Below are positions 10,313 through 19,308 of a DNA stretch of 64,000 nucleotides, piece after piece. The notes below the pieces were generated by a model, which ran no database searches, was not told the DNA's origin, and saw nothing but the letters and a program-made list of their open reading frames with translations. The stretch's first letter is position 1. The number at the start of each line of letters is the position of its first letter. The DNA comes from Oscillospiraceae bacterium (GTDB lineage: Bacteria > Bacillota > Clostridia > Oscillospirales > Ruminococcaceae): NCBI GenBank assembly GCA_045628605.1, contig JAZQPR010000262.1, positions 449 to 64,448 on the forward strand, given 5' to 3'. The translations under genes and the position numbers were made by a program.

Positions 10313-10890
10313 TTGTATCCCATCCCTCTTCTTGTTACTATTTTTCCGTCTGTCAGTTTTTCTCTGAGTCTGCTTATGGTAACCGACAGTGTATTGTCAT
10401 TTACAAAATTTCCTTTTGAGTCCCAGAGATGTGCGAGTATCTGATCTCTTGTAACATACTGCTCTTTATTAAGCATAAGATAATCCAGAAGATTCTTCTC
10501 AAGTGCAGAGAGATTGTTGTTTTCTGTTTCAGGATAGCAGCGTCTGAATACTGCTTTTACCCTCATAAGCAGCTCCTGCAGTCTGAAGGGCTTTGTTATA
10601 TAGTCATCAGCTCCGCTTTCAAAACCGGCATCTATTTCTCTTTCTTCATCACATGATGTGAGGAAAATCACCGGTATTTTTGATGAGCTGTTTCTTATTT
10701 TTTTGCAGAGATCCATTCCGTTTCCGTCGGGGAGCATGACATCAAGGATCAGAAGTTCCGCTCCCGAATATTTTTCTTCTGCTTCTTCTATGGTAAATGC
10801 ACTGTCAACTTCATATCCTTCAGTTTCAAGAGCGGTAACAAGACTGCTGTTAAGCTTTACGTCATCTTCAACAAGCATTATTTTCTTCAT
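10288..10890 (-). CDS. OmpR/PhoB-family response regulator
   Basis: MKKIMLVEDD, LLILDVMLPDGNG, ITKPF, C-terminal GMGYKW. I prefer the ATG at 10890 (GGAGAA 5 nt upstream) over the track start at 10917. Confidence 0.88.
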   Translation of the reverse strand: MKKIMLVEDDVKLNSSLVTALETEGYEVDSAFTIEEAEEKYSGAELLILDVMLPDGNGMDLCKKIRNSSSKIPVIFLTSCDEEREIDAGFESGADDYITKPFRLQELLMRVKAVFRRCYPETENNNLSALEKNLLDYLMLNKEQYVTRDQILAHLWDSKGNFVNDNTLSVTISRLREKLTDGKIVTRRGMGYKWTQQTNS

Positions 10891-10914
10891 ACTTATTCTC
10901 CTTTTAGTTCGTTT

Positions 10915-10968
10915 CAAAGCTCTGCTTTTAACAAGCAGAGGCGGGGGATATTCTCTGTGTTGTTATAT
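10915..10968 (-). repeat. Full copy of the ~54-nt intergenic repeat
   Basis: One mismatch to the 9065 copy over 54 nt. It abuts the stop codon of the upstream L,D-transpeptidase gene. Confidence 0.85.
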
Positions 10969-11886
10969 CTAAATGATCATGATACAGGGATTTTTTGAAG
11001 AGTCAAGATTTTTCAGAATATACAGCATGGTATCTTCCGGTATGCCGACACATCCCGCGGTATAGTCACCCTGCATACAGTGAAGAAATATTGCGGAGCC
11101 TTTGTATTTTTCGACCGGATCCATGTTGTAGTTTATAACAGCACCGTATTTGTAGCAGTCAGGATAGTCTGACATATGCTCTGCACTGTTCCACGAAATA
11201 TCATCAGTTTCGACCCACTGGTTATATAACGGAGATTCCGGATCATCGACCCAGTAACAGTTATTGTTGATAATTCTGTATTCCACGGACAGCCCGTCAA
11301 GATTTTCAGTTCCGAAAGCAAATCCGAGAGAAAATTTTCCTGAAGGTGTACGGTAATCTCCCTCCATGCTTTTGTCAGATACTCCGTTTTTTCCTACGAT
11401 CCCGGCTGCCTCGCATTTCATATCCCATACTTCGTCAGTGCGGTCAAAAAAACAAACATGACACGCACTGCCTGATGATTCTACAGTTATTATCTGTTTT
11501 GAATCATCTGCCTGAAAGCCTGAAAGAATTAAAAAATCGCTCAGTTTTTTATGGTATTGATCGCTATGAACATCAACGGCTTCCGGAATAGTCTGATCAA
11601 CAATGTTTTTGCTGCTCTCAGTGAATGCTTCTGTGATTGAGGGTGAAGAAACAGAATGGATATCTGTACCTGAACCGGATACGGAGGATGTCTGAGAGTC
11701 AGATGTGCCGGTTTTAAAAGTGTATGATCTTTCACTTGTTGTTTCTGTTTGTATTTCAGGTTTTGCAATCTGTTTACCGGTATCAGTCGTGTCTGTATGA
11801 TCAGTTCTTATTACACAAAACAGGACGATTATTATACAAAATGCCGCTGTCAGAGTACAGACCGGGAAAATATTACGCTTTTTTAT
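10969..11886 (-). CDS. Membrane-anchored L,D-transpeptidase (YkuD domain)
   Basis: Catalytic motif IFLHCMQGDYTAGCVGIP. The frame stays open upstream of the track ATG (11421) up to a stop at 11934, with no in-frame ATG/GTG/TTG. The upstream part encodes KKRNIFPVCTLTAAFCIIIIVLFCVI (signal anchor). GGAGGG lies 6 nt before ATA at 11886. The minimal ATG-started version is 10969..11421. Confidence 0.6.
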   Translation of the reverse strand: MKKRNIFPVCTLTAAFCIIIVLFCVIRTDHTDTTDTGKQIAKPEIQTETTSERSYTFKTGTSDSQTSSVSGSGTDIHSVSSPSITEAFTESSKNIVDQTIPEAVDVHSDQYHKKLSDFLILSGFQADDSKQIITVESSGSACHVCFFDRTDEVWDMKCEAAGIVGKNGVSDKSMEGDYRTPSGKFSLGFAFGTENLDGLSVEYRIINNNCYWVDDPESPLYNQWVETDDISWNSAEHMSDYPDCYKYGAVINYNMDPVEKYKGSAIFLHCMQGDYTAGCVGIPEDTMLYILKNLDSSKNPCIMII

Positions 11887-11933
11887 AATTATCCCTCCGA
11901 TGCGTAGTTGTTTACAAAATGGTAGATATTTTT

Positions 11934-11962
11934 ATTATATCATTGATTTATCATTTAGGCAA
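11934..11962 (-). promoter_or_regulatory. Sigma-A type promoter for the L,D-transpeptidase unit
   Basis: On the minus strand: TTGCCT, 17 nt, TATAAT. Confidence 0.5.
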
Positions 11963-12091
11963 CAAATGTGTTGATATTTTGGCGTGAAAAGTGAGCACCG
12001 GTTTAGAATTGTTACGTCCGTCCTGTTCATCATGCAGTTTCTGCAGTTCATGCGGCGGCGACGGTGCTGACTAATTGAAAAAATAATTTAT

Positions 12092-12131
12092 GCCGAAAGA
12101 ATTTTGTTTATTATTGCAAATTTCTTTCGGC
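12092..12131. terminator. Terminator-like hairpin in a divergent intergenic region
   Basis: gccgaaagaa/ttctttcggc 10-bp stem with a 20-nt loop. T-rich tracts on both sides are not immediately adjacent. Confidence 0.3.
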
Positions 12132-12154
12132 ATTTATGTTTTTTATTATTTCAT

Positions 12155-12183
12155 TTGACAAATTTGATAATTTGTAGTATTAT
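12155..12183 (+). promoter_or_regulatory. Sigma-A type promoter for the hybrid kinase gene
   Basis: TTGACA, 17 nt, TATTAT. Confidence 0.5.
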
Positions 12184-12315
12184 AGAAGTATACATTTGAT
12201 TTCGTGATTTTTATGATTACAGGGTAAACAGAAGAGTAGATTGATACTTTTTTTTTCAGAACATTTTGGCTGTTCTGTATGTTGGGGATTATTATGATTA
12301 TAGGGGGAATGGATT

Positions 12316-15300
12316 ATGAGTCAGAATTTCGGAGAAGTTCCGTTTTCCGATGAGATATTCTTAAAATCTAAAATAGGAATCTGGGCATTTGAACTTGATG
12401 AAGGCTGTGAGCCCAGGATGTATGCTGATGAAGCAATGCTGTATCTTCTGGGAGTTCATGAAGATCTGACTCCGGAACAGCTTTATCATGAATGGTATGA
12501 CAATATTGATTTTGAAAGTTATCCGCTTGTTGCAGAAGCGGTCAATAAAATGGTTTCAGGTGTTCATGCTGAGGTACAGTATCCATGGAGGCATCCTGTT
12601 TTAGGTCCTATTTTTGTCAGATGCGGCGGAGTAAGAAATTATGTTTATACAAAGGGCATCAGAATAGAAGGATGTCATCAGGATGTTTCGGAAGTAATTC
12701 ATTTTCAGAAAAAGGAACTTTCTGAATACAGTAATATTTTGAATATTATGTCTTCGGACGCACTTCTTATATTAAGTATTGATTTTGAAACAGGAAGACA
12801 GAAGATCTTTAACGGGATCGATACTTACACCAGATTTATATCAGAACATAAAGAAGGCGCAACTTTTGAGAGAAATATAGAGTTCTTAAAAAATATCTGC
12901 ATAGAAGAGGACAAAGATTATCTTTTGAATGCCCTTAGTCATGAAAACGTTGCTAAAGCGCTTAAGAACAATGATAATTATTCTGTAACTTTCAGACAGC
13001 GTTTCAACGGAACGATCAGATGGGATCAGATCAGATATATCAGGTATATAACAGCAGAAGGCCATAACGGAGCTATCGTGGTTCTCAAGGACAAAACCAA
13101 TGAATATCTTGATGAATTAAAGAAAATCGAAGAGTTAAGTGTTATTTCCGCTCTTTCAGAGGATTTTATTTTCATTTCATATATAAACATGATGAACAAT
13201 TCATATACTGTCTACAAATGTGATGAAAACACGACATTTGACAGTAACCTGATCCGGTCGTTTTCATTTTCGGATTTTATTTCTTTCCTTGCTCAGAATA
13301 TTGTTATTCCGGAGGACAGAGAAAAATTTACTGAAGAAACATCATTTGATTATATTAAAGCTCATGTAATAGACAACAGAAATTTTTCAGTCCTTTTCAG
13401 ATCGCTTTATTCAGGAAAGATCCACTATGACCAGTTAAAATTTGTTCCGGTACTCAGTAATGACGGTCTTATCGGCATAGTCTGCGGTTATCATAATATT
13501 GATGAAGAGTATGCGAGAAAAATAGAGATCGAAGAGGAACACAATACCTTCAGTCAGCTTGCCGGAAATTACATCACTGTAAATTATGTTGATCTTGAAA
13601 GGGACTATATCCATACTTTTTCCACTCAGTATTCAAAAGAAACCGGAATAAGCAAACACACTTCATTTTCTCAGGTGATTTCATATTACATTAAAAGATT
13701 CGGTCCTTCAAAAGATATTGAATCTTACAGCAGAATGATATCTCCGGATTCTATTGTTGAACATCTGAAACATCAGAAATCAATTTCTTTTAACTGTCCG
13801 TGTACCCTGAACAATCAGGAAAAAACATTCAGATTTGAGATAATACGTATAAACGATGATCCTACAAAAGTCATTCTCTGTATGTCCGATATTACTGATG
13901 TAATAGAAAATGAGCTTTCTGTTCAGCGAACTCTTCAGGACAATCTGAAGGCTATCGAGGGACTTGCAAGAGAATATGACATTCTGCATTTTCTTAATCT
14001 TCAGAACAATGATTACAGACTTTTCTTTATTTCTGAAAAGCTCGCAAAATGGTATCCGCATCTGACAAACAGTGATAATCAATTTGAAAATGTTCAGAGA
14101 GATATCATAAACTATATGTGTCATTCTGATTATAAGGAAATGATGCTCAAATATGTATCAAAGGAAAATATCAGAGATGAACTGAGAAACAAGAAGAAAT
14201 CATATATCCGGTTCCTTGGTCTTATAGACGGTGAGTACAAATGGTGCGATCTTGTTCTGGTTTGTCTTGAAGAAGAAAACGGTTTCCCTTTGAAGGTTGC
14301 CATCGGATATGTAAATGTAGATGAAGAAGTCAAGGAAAAGATGAAAAAGGAAAATGCCCTTCATGATGCATTGAATGCAGCAGAACAGGCAAACCGTGCA
14401 AAGACAACGTTTCTTAATAACATGTCTCATGATATCCGTACACCTATGAATGCAATTATAGGATTTACCGGCCTCGCTTCATCTCATCTTGACGACAGGG
14501 AACAGGTAGAGGATTATCTTGAAAAAATAAGGCAGTCTTCGGACCATCTGCTTTCTCTTATCAACGATATTCTTGATATGTCAAGAATCGAATCAGGAAA
14601 AGTTACTATTTTTGAAAAGAAAGAAAATCTGTCAGATATTATTCATACTATAAAAGATATTGTTATGAACGATATAAACAGAAAACATATGCATTTTACA
14701 ATTGATTCTTCAGAGATAATCCATGAAGATATTTACTGTGACAAGCTCAGGATAAATCAGATACTTATAAATATTTTATCAAACGCGGTAAAATATACAA
14801 ATGAATACGGAACCATATCAATGAAGCTGAGTGAAACGATTTCTCCGAATTGTCAGTCAGCAAAATATGTTATAAGCATCAAGGATAACGGTACAGGAAT
14901 GAGCGAAGAATTCCTGCGGACCATCTATGAACCTTTTACACGTGTAAAATCATCTACAGTATCCGGAATTCAGGGCACAGGACTCGGAATGACGATTACG
15001 AAAAACATTGTTGATATGATGAACGGTACTATAGATATAGAAAGTCATGAAAACTTCGGTACAAATGTTACACTGTCGTTTGACTTCAGAATAGATGATT
15101 CTGTTCCGGTCAAAAAAGTTATTCCTGAAATTAAAAATCTGAGATGTCTGATCATTGATACTGACGGCGAGACATGCTGGAATGAATCAAAGCTTGCTTC
15201 AGGCTTCGGGATGCGTCCTGACTGGTGTACAAGTGCCGACGAGGCTCTTCAGATCGCGATGAAGGCAAATGAACTTGGTGATCCGTACAGCTTTTATCTT

Positions 15301-15945
15301 ATGGAAAGATCAGTTCCGTGCATGGATCTTCTTGGTACCATCAACAGCTTTGTAAATATTTCGGAAGACTGTAAACCTTTGTTTTTTATTACAGGATACT
15401 ATCTGTCAGACGTAAAGGATGCAGCATTAAAGGCAGGCGTGACAGGACTTATCAGCAAACCTATTTTTGTTTCTGATTTTTACAAAGCTTACCAGAAGTA
15501 CTGCGGAACTGCTTTGCAGGAAACTGTAAAGAATAATAAATACAACTTTAAAGGAAAGAGTGTTTTGCTGGTTGAAGACAATCAGCTTAACAGTGAAATA
15601 GCTTATGAGCTTCTGCGTGAAGCAGGTTTTGTTGTAGATACCGCTTTTGACGGAACAGTTGCTGTAGAAAAGGTAAAAAATGCTTCTGAAAGTACTTATG
15701 ATATTATTCTTATGGATATTCAGATGCCTGTAATGGACGGATATGAGGCTTCAAGACGTATAAGAGCGCTGGACAAACCGTTTGCAAGGACCATTCCGAT
15801 AATTGCGGTTACTGCAAATGCGTTTGTTGAAGATATCAAAGAATGTACCGAAGCCGGTATGAACGGTCATATTTCCAAACCGATATACGTACAGAACCTG
15901 TATGATGAGCTCAAAAGGATTCTTGATCTTGATAATTCAGTTTAA
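12316..15945 (+). CDS. Hybrid sensor histidine kinase/response regulator, cytoplasmic, multi-PAS-like
   Basis: ~680-aa N-terminal sensor region without TM segments. H-box [17 protein letters not shown], HATPase ([14 protein letters not shown]). A degenerate receiver is followed by a canonical receiver ([27 protein letters not shown]). Confidence 0.9.
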   Translation: MSQNFGEVPFSDEIFLKSKIGIWAFELDEGCEPRMYADEAMLYLLGVHEDLTPEQLYHEWYDNIDFESYPLVAEAVNKMVSGVHAEVQYPWRHPVLGPIFVRCGGVRNYVYTKGIRIEGCHQDVSEVIHFQKKELSEYSNILNIMSSDALLILSIDFETGRQKIFNGIDTYTRFISEHKEGATFERNIEFLKNICIEEDKDYLLNALSHENVAKALKNNDNYSVTFRQRFNGTIRWDQIRYIRYITAEGHNGAIVVLKDKTNEYLDELKKIEELSVISALSEDFIFISYINMMNNSYTVYKCDENTTFDSNLIRSFSFSDFISFLAQNIVIPEDREKFTEETSFDYIKAHVIDNRNFSVLFRSLYSGKIHYDQLKFVPVLSNDGLIGIVCGYHNIDEEYARKIEIEEEHNTFSQLAGNYITVNYVDLERDYIHTFSTQYSKETGISKHTSFSQVISYYIKRFGPSKDIESYSRMISPDSIVEHLKHQKSISFNCPCTLNNQEKTFRFEIIRINDDPTKVILCMSDITDVIENELSVQRTLQDNLKAIEGLAREYDILHFLNLQNNDYRLFFISEKLAKWYPHLTNSDNQFENVQRDIINYMCHSDYKEMMLKYVSKENIRDELRNKKKSYIRFLGLIDGEYKWCDLVLVCLEEENGFPLKVAIGYVNVDEEVKEKMKKENALHDALNAAEQANRAKTTFLNNMSHDIRTPMNAIIGFTGLASSHLDDREQVEDYLEKIRQSSDHLLSLINDILDMSRIESGKVTIFEKKENLSDIIHTIKDIVMNDINRKHMHFTIDSSEIIHEDIYCDKLRINQILINILSNAVKYTNEYGTISMKLSETISPNCQSAKYVISIKDNGTGMSEEFLRTIYEPFTRVKSSTVSGIQGTGLGMTITKNIVDMMNGTIDIESHENFGTNVTLSFDFRIDDSVPVKKVIPEIKNLRCLIIDTDGETCWNESKLASGFGMRPDWCTSADEALQIAMKANELGDPYSFYLMERSVPCMDLLGTINSFVNISEDCKPLFFITGYYLSDVKDAALKAGVTGLISKPIFVSDFYKAYQKYCGTALQETVKNNKYNFKGKSVLLVEDNQLNSEIAYELLREAGFVVDTAFDGTVAVEKVKNASESTYDIILMDIQMPVMDGYEASRRIRALDKPFARTIPIIAVTANAFVEDIKECTEAGMNGHISKPIYVQNLYDELKRILDLDNSV

Positions 15946-16070
15946 TTACTGCGTTTGACGGCCGGCATCAGGTATTGCAAATTTACTGTTGTTATACGTA
16001 ATAAATTGTGTTATAATAATAAAGCGTTACTTTTGCAAATCAAATTTAAATAAAGAAGGAAAATAACACA

Positions 16071-17201
16071 ATGAATAAAAAGGAATTAAATGAGATCAAA
16101 AAGAATTTTACAGATCAGAGCGGCTTTTTCACGATAAATCAGATTTTAAAAGTATATATTGATCCTGAAAAAAACGTGAAATACAAAGATATAAAATCAC
16201 TTATAATGCTTCCTGAAGAGGAATGCGAGGTTATTCGTGATACAATGCGAAAAGTGCTTACAGGTACGATAGGAAAGAATTTCATCGAGTATGAATTCCC
16301 AAGAGATTCATATGAAAATGACGGTGCTCAGAAAATGCTTCACGATATCGTTGAAACAAAGATGAAGGATGAGGAAGCTGTTGACAGACTGATCACCAAA
16401 ATTACTGACAATATAGAATATGCTCAGTCATTTACTTTCCTTGCAGCACACTGCACATACAGCATTATGAAGAAAAATAAAAATGATGATGACGACGAGG
16501 ATAATATTACTGAAGAGTACAATTTTATGATCACTGCATTTTGTCCTGCAAACACAAGTGATGTCGGACTGTACTTTGATGAAGAAACAGGCACTGTTAT
16601 GAAAAAGGAAAACAAGGACATGATCATCAGCAAGATCCCGTCTGACGGATTTATTTATCCTGTATTTTCTGACAGAGCACCTGATGTAAATCATGTTATG
16701 TACTTCGTAAAAAAACATGATAAGCCTAATATTTCAATAGTTGAGAATATTCTTGACTGCGAGTTTACGATGTCTGCAAAGAAGCAGAAGACCAGTTTCC
16801 ATGATGTTCTCAACGCTGTCGTTTCAGATGAGCTCAACTATAATGTAATTACTCAGGTAAACGAAAAGATCAGAGAAGTTGTTGATCTCAGCAAAAACGA
16901 AACAGAAGCTGCTACCATAAATGACAAGCAGCTCAAGCATATACTTACAGAAGCAGGCGTCAGCGATGAAAAGCTGAAAGCTCTTGAGCCTGCATACAAG
17001 ACGCTGGTCGGAGATGTTGATCTTACGGCAGCTAACATTACAGATAACAGAACAGTCGTAGTAACTCCGGATGTTACTATAAATATAAAGAAAGATGCTG
17101 CTTCCAGACTAAGAACAAGTTCAATAAATGGCAGAAACTGTCTTATAATTGATCTTGATGATCCTAATATTGTAGTAAACGGACTTTCGACTCTTCTGTA
17201 A
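16071..17201 (+). CDS. Conserved hypothetical protein (possibly DUF4317 family)
   Basis: 376 aa, no TM segment or signal peptide. The family name is recalled from size and N-terminal pattern only. Confidence 0.6.
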   Translation: MNKKELNEIKKNFTDQSGFFTINQILKVYIDPEKNVKYKDIKSLIMLPEEECEVIRDTMRKVLTGTIGKNFIEYEFPRDSYENDGAQKMLHDIVETKMKDEEAVDRLITKITDNIEYAQSFTFLAAHCTYSIMKKNKNDDDDEDNITEEYNFMITAFCPANTSDVGLYFDEETGTVMKKENKDMIISKIPSDGFIYPVFSDRAPDVNHVMYFVKKHDKPNISIVENILDCEFTMSAKKQKTSFHDVLNAVVSDELNYNVITQVNEKIREVVDLSKNETEAATINDKQLKHILTEAGVSDEKLKALEPAYKTLVGDVDLTAANITDNRTVVVTPDVTINIKKDAASRLRTSSINGRNCLIIDLDDPNIVVNGLSTLL

Positions 17202-17230
17202 AAACTATAATATATTTGGCGGTGATTTAA

Positions 17231-18457
17231 TTGGATCTGGCAACATATTCAGAAGAACAGAAAAAAGTATTTGCAGAAATAGTAAAAAACGAACGAAGAA
17301 GAGAATCACGCTCTTTAAGTAAATACGCTTGTAAAAGCTCAGACAGTATCAGACTTGAAGCAGAAAAAATTCCCGACAGGATAAGTATCAGACCTGCGTT
17401 TTTTCATGATGCTGACAGAATAATCCATTCAAAAGCATATACGAGATATATAGATAAAACCCAGGTTTTTTCAATGTTTGAAAACGATCATATCACTCAT
17501 CGTGTTCTTCATGTTCAGCTTGTATCGAAGATAGCACGTATGATCGGAAGATGCTTGAGTTTAAATGAAGATCTTATAGAAGCAATCTCTCTTGCGCATG
17601 ATCTTGGACATGTTCCTTACGGTCATGAAGGGGAGAAGTATCTTAACAAAATATGCATAGATAATAATATCGGATATTTTTGTCATAATGCTCAGAGTGT
17701 AAAGTTTCTGATGGAACTTGAGCGGAGAGGAAAGGGACTGAATCTTTCCCTTCAGGTTCTTGACGGAGTTCTTTCTCACAACGGTGAGATAATTCAGGAC
17801 AGATATGAACCTGACACAAATAAAACTTTCGATCAGTTTATAAAAGAATATGAAGGCTGTTTCAACGAATTTGATTACAGTAAAAAACTCGTGCCGATGA
17901 CACTTGAGGGATGTGTGGTAAGAATAAGTGACGTTATTGCATATATCGGAAGAGATATCGAAGATGCTATAGCACTTAAGCTTATTTCCCGTGATGATAT
18001 TCCGGAAAGTATTACTTCTGTTTTCGGAAATACAAACAGTTCAATTATAAATATTCTTATTACTGATATAGTTGAAAACAGCTTTGATAAACCTTATCTG
18101 AAGATATCATCTGAAAAATATGCTGCACTTAAGGCTTTGATGGATTTTAACTATAAGAATATTTATAAAAATCCTTCTATAAGTGATTCGGACAAAAAAA
18201 TACAGAACATGTTCACGACTATTTTTGAAAAGTACTATGAACATGCTCTGAATGATCTTGAATATTCTGAGATATACAGAGAGTATCTCTATGAGTTTGA
18301 GCCTGAATATATAGAATCCCACAAAACAGGAAATGCTCTGAAGAGAACGATCGTTGACTACATTTCCGGTATGACGGATAATTATTTTATTGACTGTTTT
18401 AAGGAACTTTTGCTTCCGAAGAGATTCGGAAGAAATATCTATGAAATAACGAACTGA
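17231..18457 (+). CDS. HD-domain dGTP triphosphohydrolase-like protein
   Basis: FFHDADRIIHSKAYTRYIDKTQVF, HITHRVLHVQLV, AHDLGHVPYGHEGE (HD metal site). TTG start. Confidence 0.85.
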   Translation: MDLATYSEEQKKVFAEIVKNERRRESRSLSKYACKSSDSIRLEAEKIPDRISIRPAFFHDADRIIHSKAYTRYIDKTQVFSMFENDHITHRVLHVQLVSKIARMIGRCLSLNEDLIEAISLAHDLGHVPYGHEGEKYLNKICIDNNIGYFCHNAQSVKFLMELERRGKGLNLSLQVLDGVLSHNGEIIQDRYEPDTNKTFDQFIKEYEGCFNEFDYSKKLVPMTLEGCVVRISDVIAYIGRDIEDAIALKLISRDDIPESITSVFGNTNSSIINILITDIVENSFDKPYLKISSEKYAALKALMDFNYKNIYKNPSISDSDKKIQNMFTTIFEKYYEHALNDLEYSEIYREYLYEFEPEYIESHKTGNALKRTIVDYISGMTDNYFIDCFKELLLPKRFGRNIYEITN

Positions 18458-18460
18458 TAA

Positions 18461-18748
18461 TTAATAATTTTCAAAAGAAAGCTTTTGCTGTTCCCTTAAC
18501 CAGACATTCAGTTCACTTAAGCCTTCTTTTGTAAATTCAAATTCGTGTTCGGTTTCAATAATATCGGTTTCGGGAGTTTTTACAAGACAGAACGGACCTT
18601 TCCAGATAGTGACCTTGAATTTTTCTCCCGGATATATTTTGTAGTTAAAATATTTTTCCCTGTTTTCTGTTATGCTTCCGGTATAAATGTTTTTTTCTGC
18701 AAAAAAAGTGAACCCGGGAATATCAAATGCTTTGTTTTCTTTTATCAT
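18461..18748 (-). CDS. Hypothetical protein (95 aa)
   Basis: ORF only. Compact placement between a gene stop and a terminator. Confidence 0.45.
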   Translation of the reverse strand: MIKENKAFDIPGFTFFAEKNIYTGSITENREKYFNYKIYPGEKFKVTIWKGPFCLVKTPETDIIETEHEFEFTKEGLSELNVWLREQQKLSFENY

Positions 18749-18780
18749 TTTATCACCATAATACTTAAAAAACTTAAAAA

Positions 18781-18806
18781 ACCTGCTTTATAAGCAGGTT
18801 TTTTTA
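18781..18806. terminator. Terminator after the AbrB-family gene
   Basis: acctgctt/aagcaggt stem with flanking A6 and T7 runs. Confidence 0.75.
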
Positions 18807-18831
18807 TTATATTAACTTAAATATTTATTGC

Positions 18832-19071
18832 TTATTTCTTTAAATCATTCATGCATTCCTGACAAACGCTCTTGCCTTTGTAATCAACAAGATTTTCATT
18901 GCTGTTGCAGAATATACAGGATGATTTATATTTCTTAAGAATAACAGCATCCTGATCAACATATATTTCAAGACTGTCCTTTTCACTGATATTAAGTGTT
19001 CTTCTTAATTCAATCGGGAGAACGATTCTTCCTAATTCATCGATTTTTCTTACGATACCGGTTGACTTCAT
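18832..19071 (-). CDS. abrB: AbrB/SpoVT-family transition-state regulator with Cys-rich tail
   Basis: MKSTGIVRKIDELGRIVLPIELRRTL closely resembles the AbrB N-terminus as I recall it. The C-terminus carries CIFC...CQEC. Confidence 0.85.
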   Translation of the reverse strand: MKSTGIVRKIDELGRIVLPIELRRTLNISEKDSLEIYVDQDAVILKKYKSSCIFCNSNENLVDYKGKSVCQECMNDLKK

Positions 19072-19222
19072 TATAATTCCTCCTATTAGAAAATAAAAAA
19101 ATTAGGTTTTTTTCATAACCATGAATACATTATACATTAATTGTATGAAGTTGTCAATCCTTGTTTTGAAAAAAATTAGATTTTTTTTACATTTTTTCAT
19201 TATAGAGATTATTATATATTTA

Positions 19223-19251
19223 TTGACAATGTTATTAGTATTATATATAAT
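19223..19251 (+). promoter_or_regulatory. Consensus sigma-A promoter for the GH16 gene
   Basis: TTGACA, 17 nt, TATAAT. Confidence 0.6.
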
Positions 19252-19308
19252 ATGGATAAAGATTAAAAAAATCAGGTTATTCTTTTTCTGACAGGAGAAG
19301 TGGAAAAT

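Noticed and set aside
11541-11768. A 75-aa minus-strand ORF from the track.
   Set aside because: It is in a different frame from, and fully inside, the open N-terminal extension of the L,D-transpeptidase, which has a far more protein-like sequence (signal anchor plus linker).
12032-12070. A 12-codon ORF (MQFLQFMRRRRC) inside the GC-rich island, considered as a leader peptide.
   Set aside because: There is no Shine-Dalgarno sequence, and it lies outside both predicted transcription units.
19300-19308. The GTG start given by the track for the GH16 gene.
   Set aside because: The GTG sits 2 nt after the AGGAGA RBS. ATG 19309 has proper spacing and yields a standard signal peptide.
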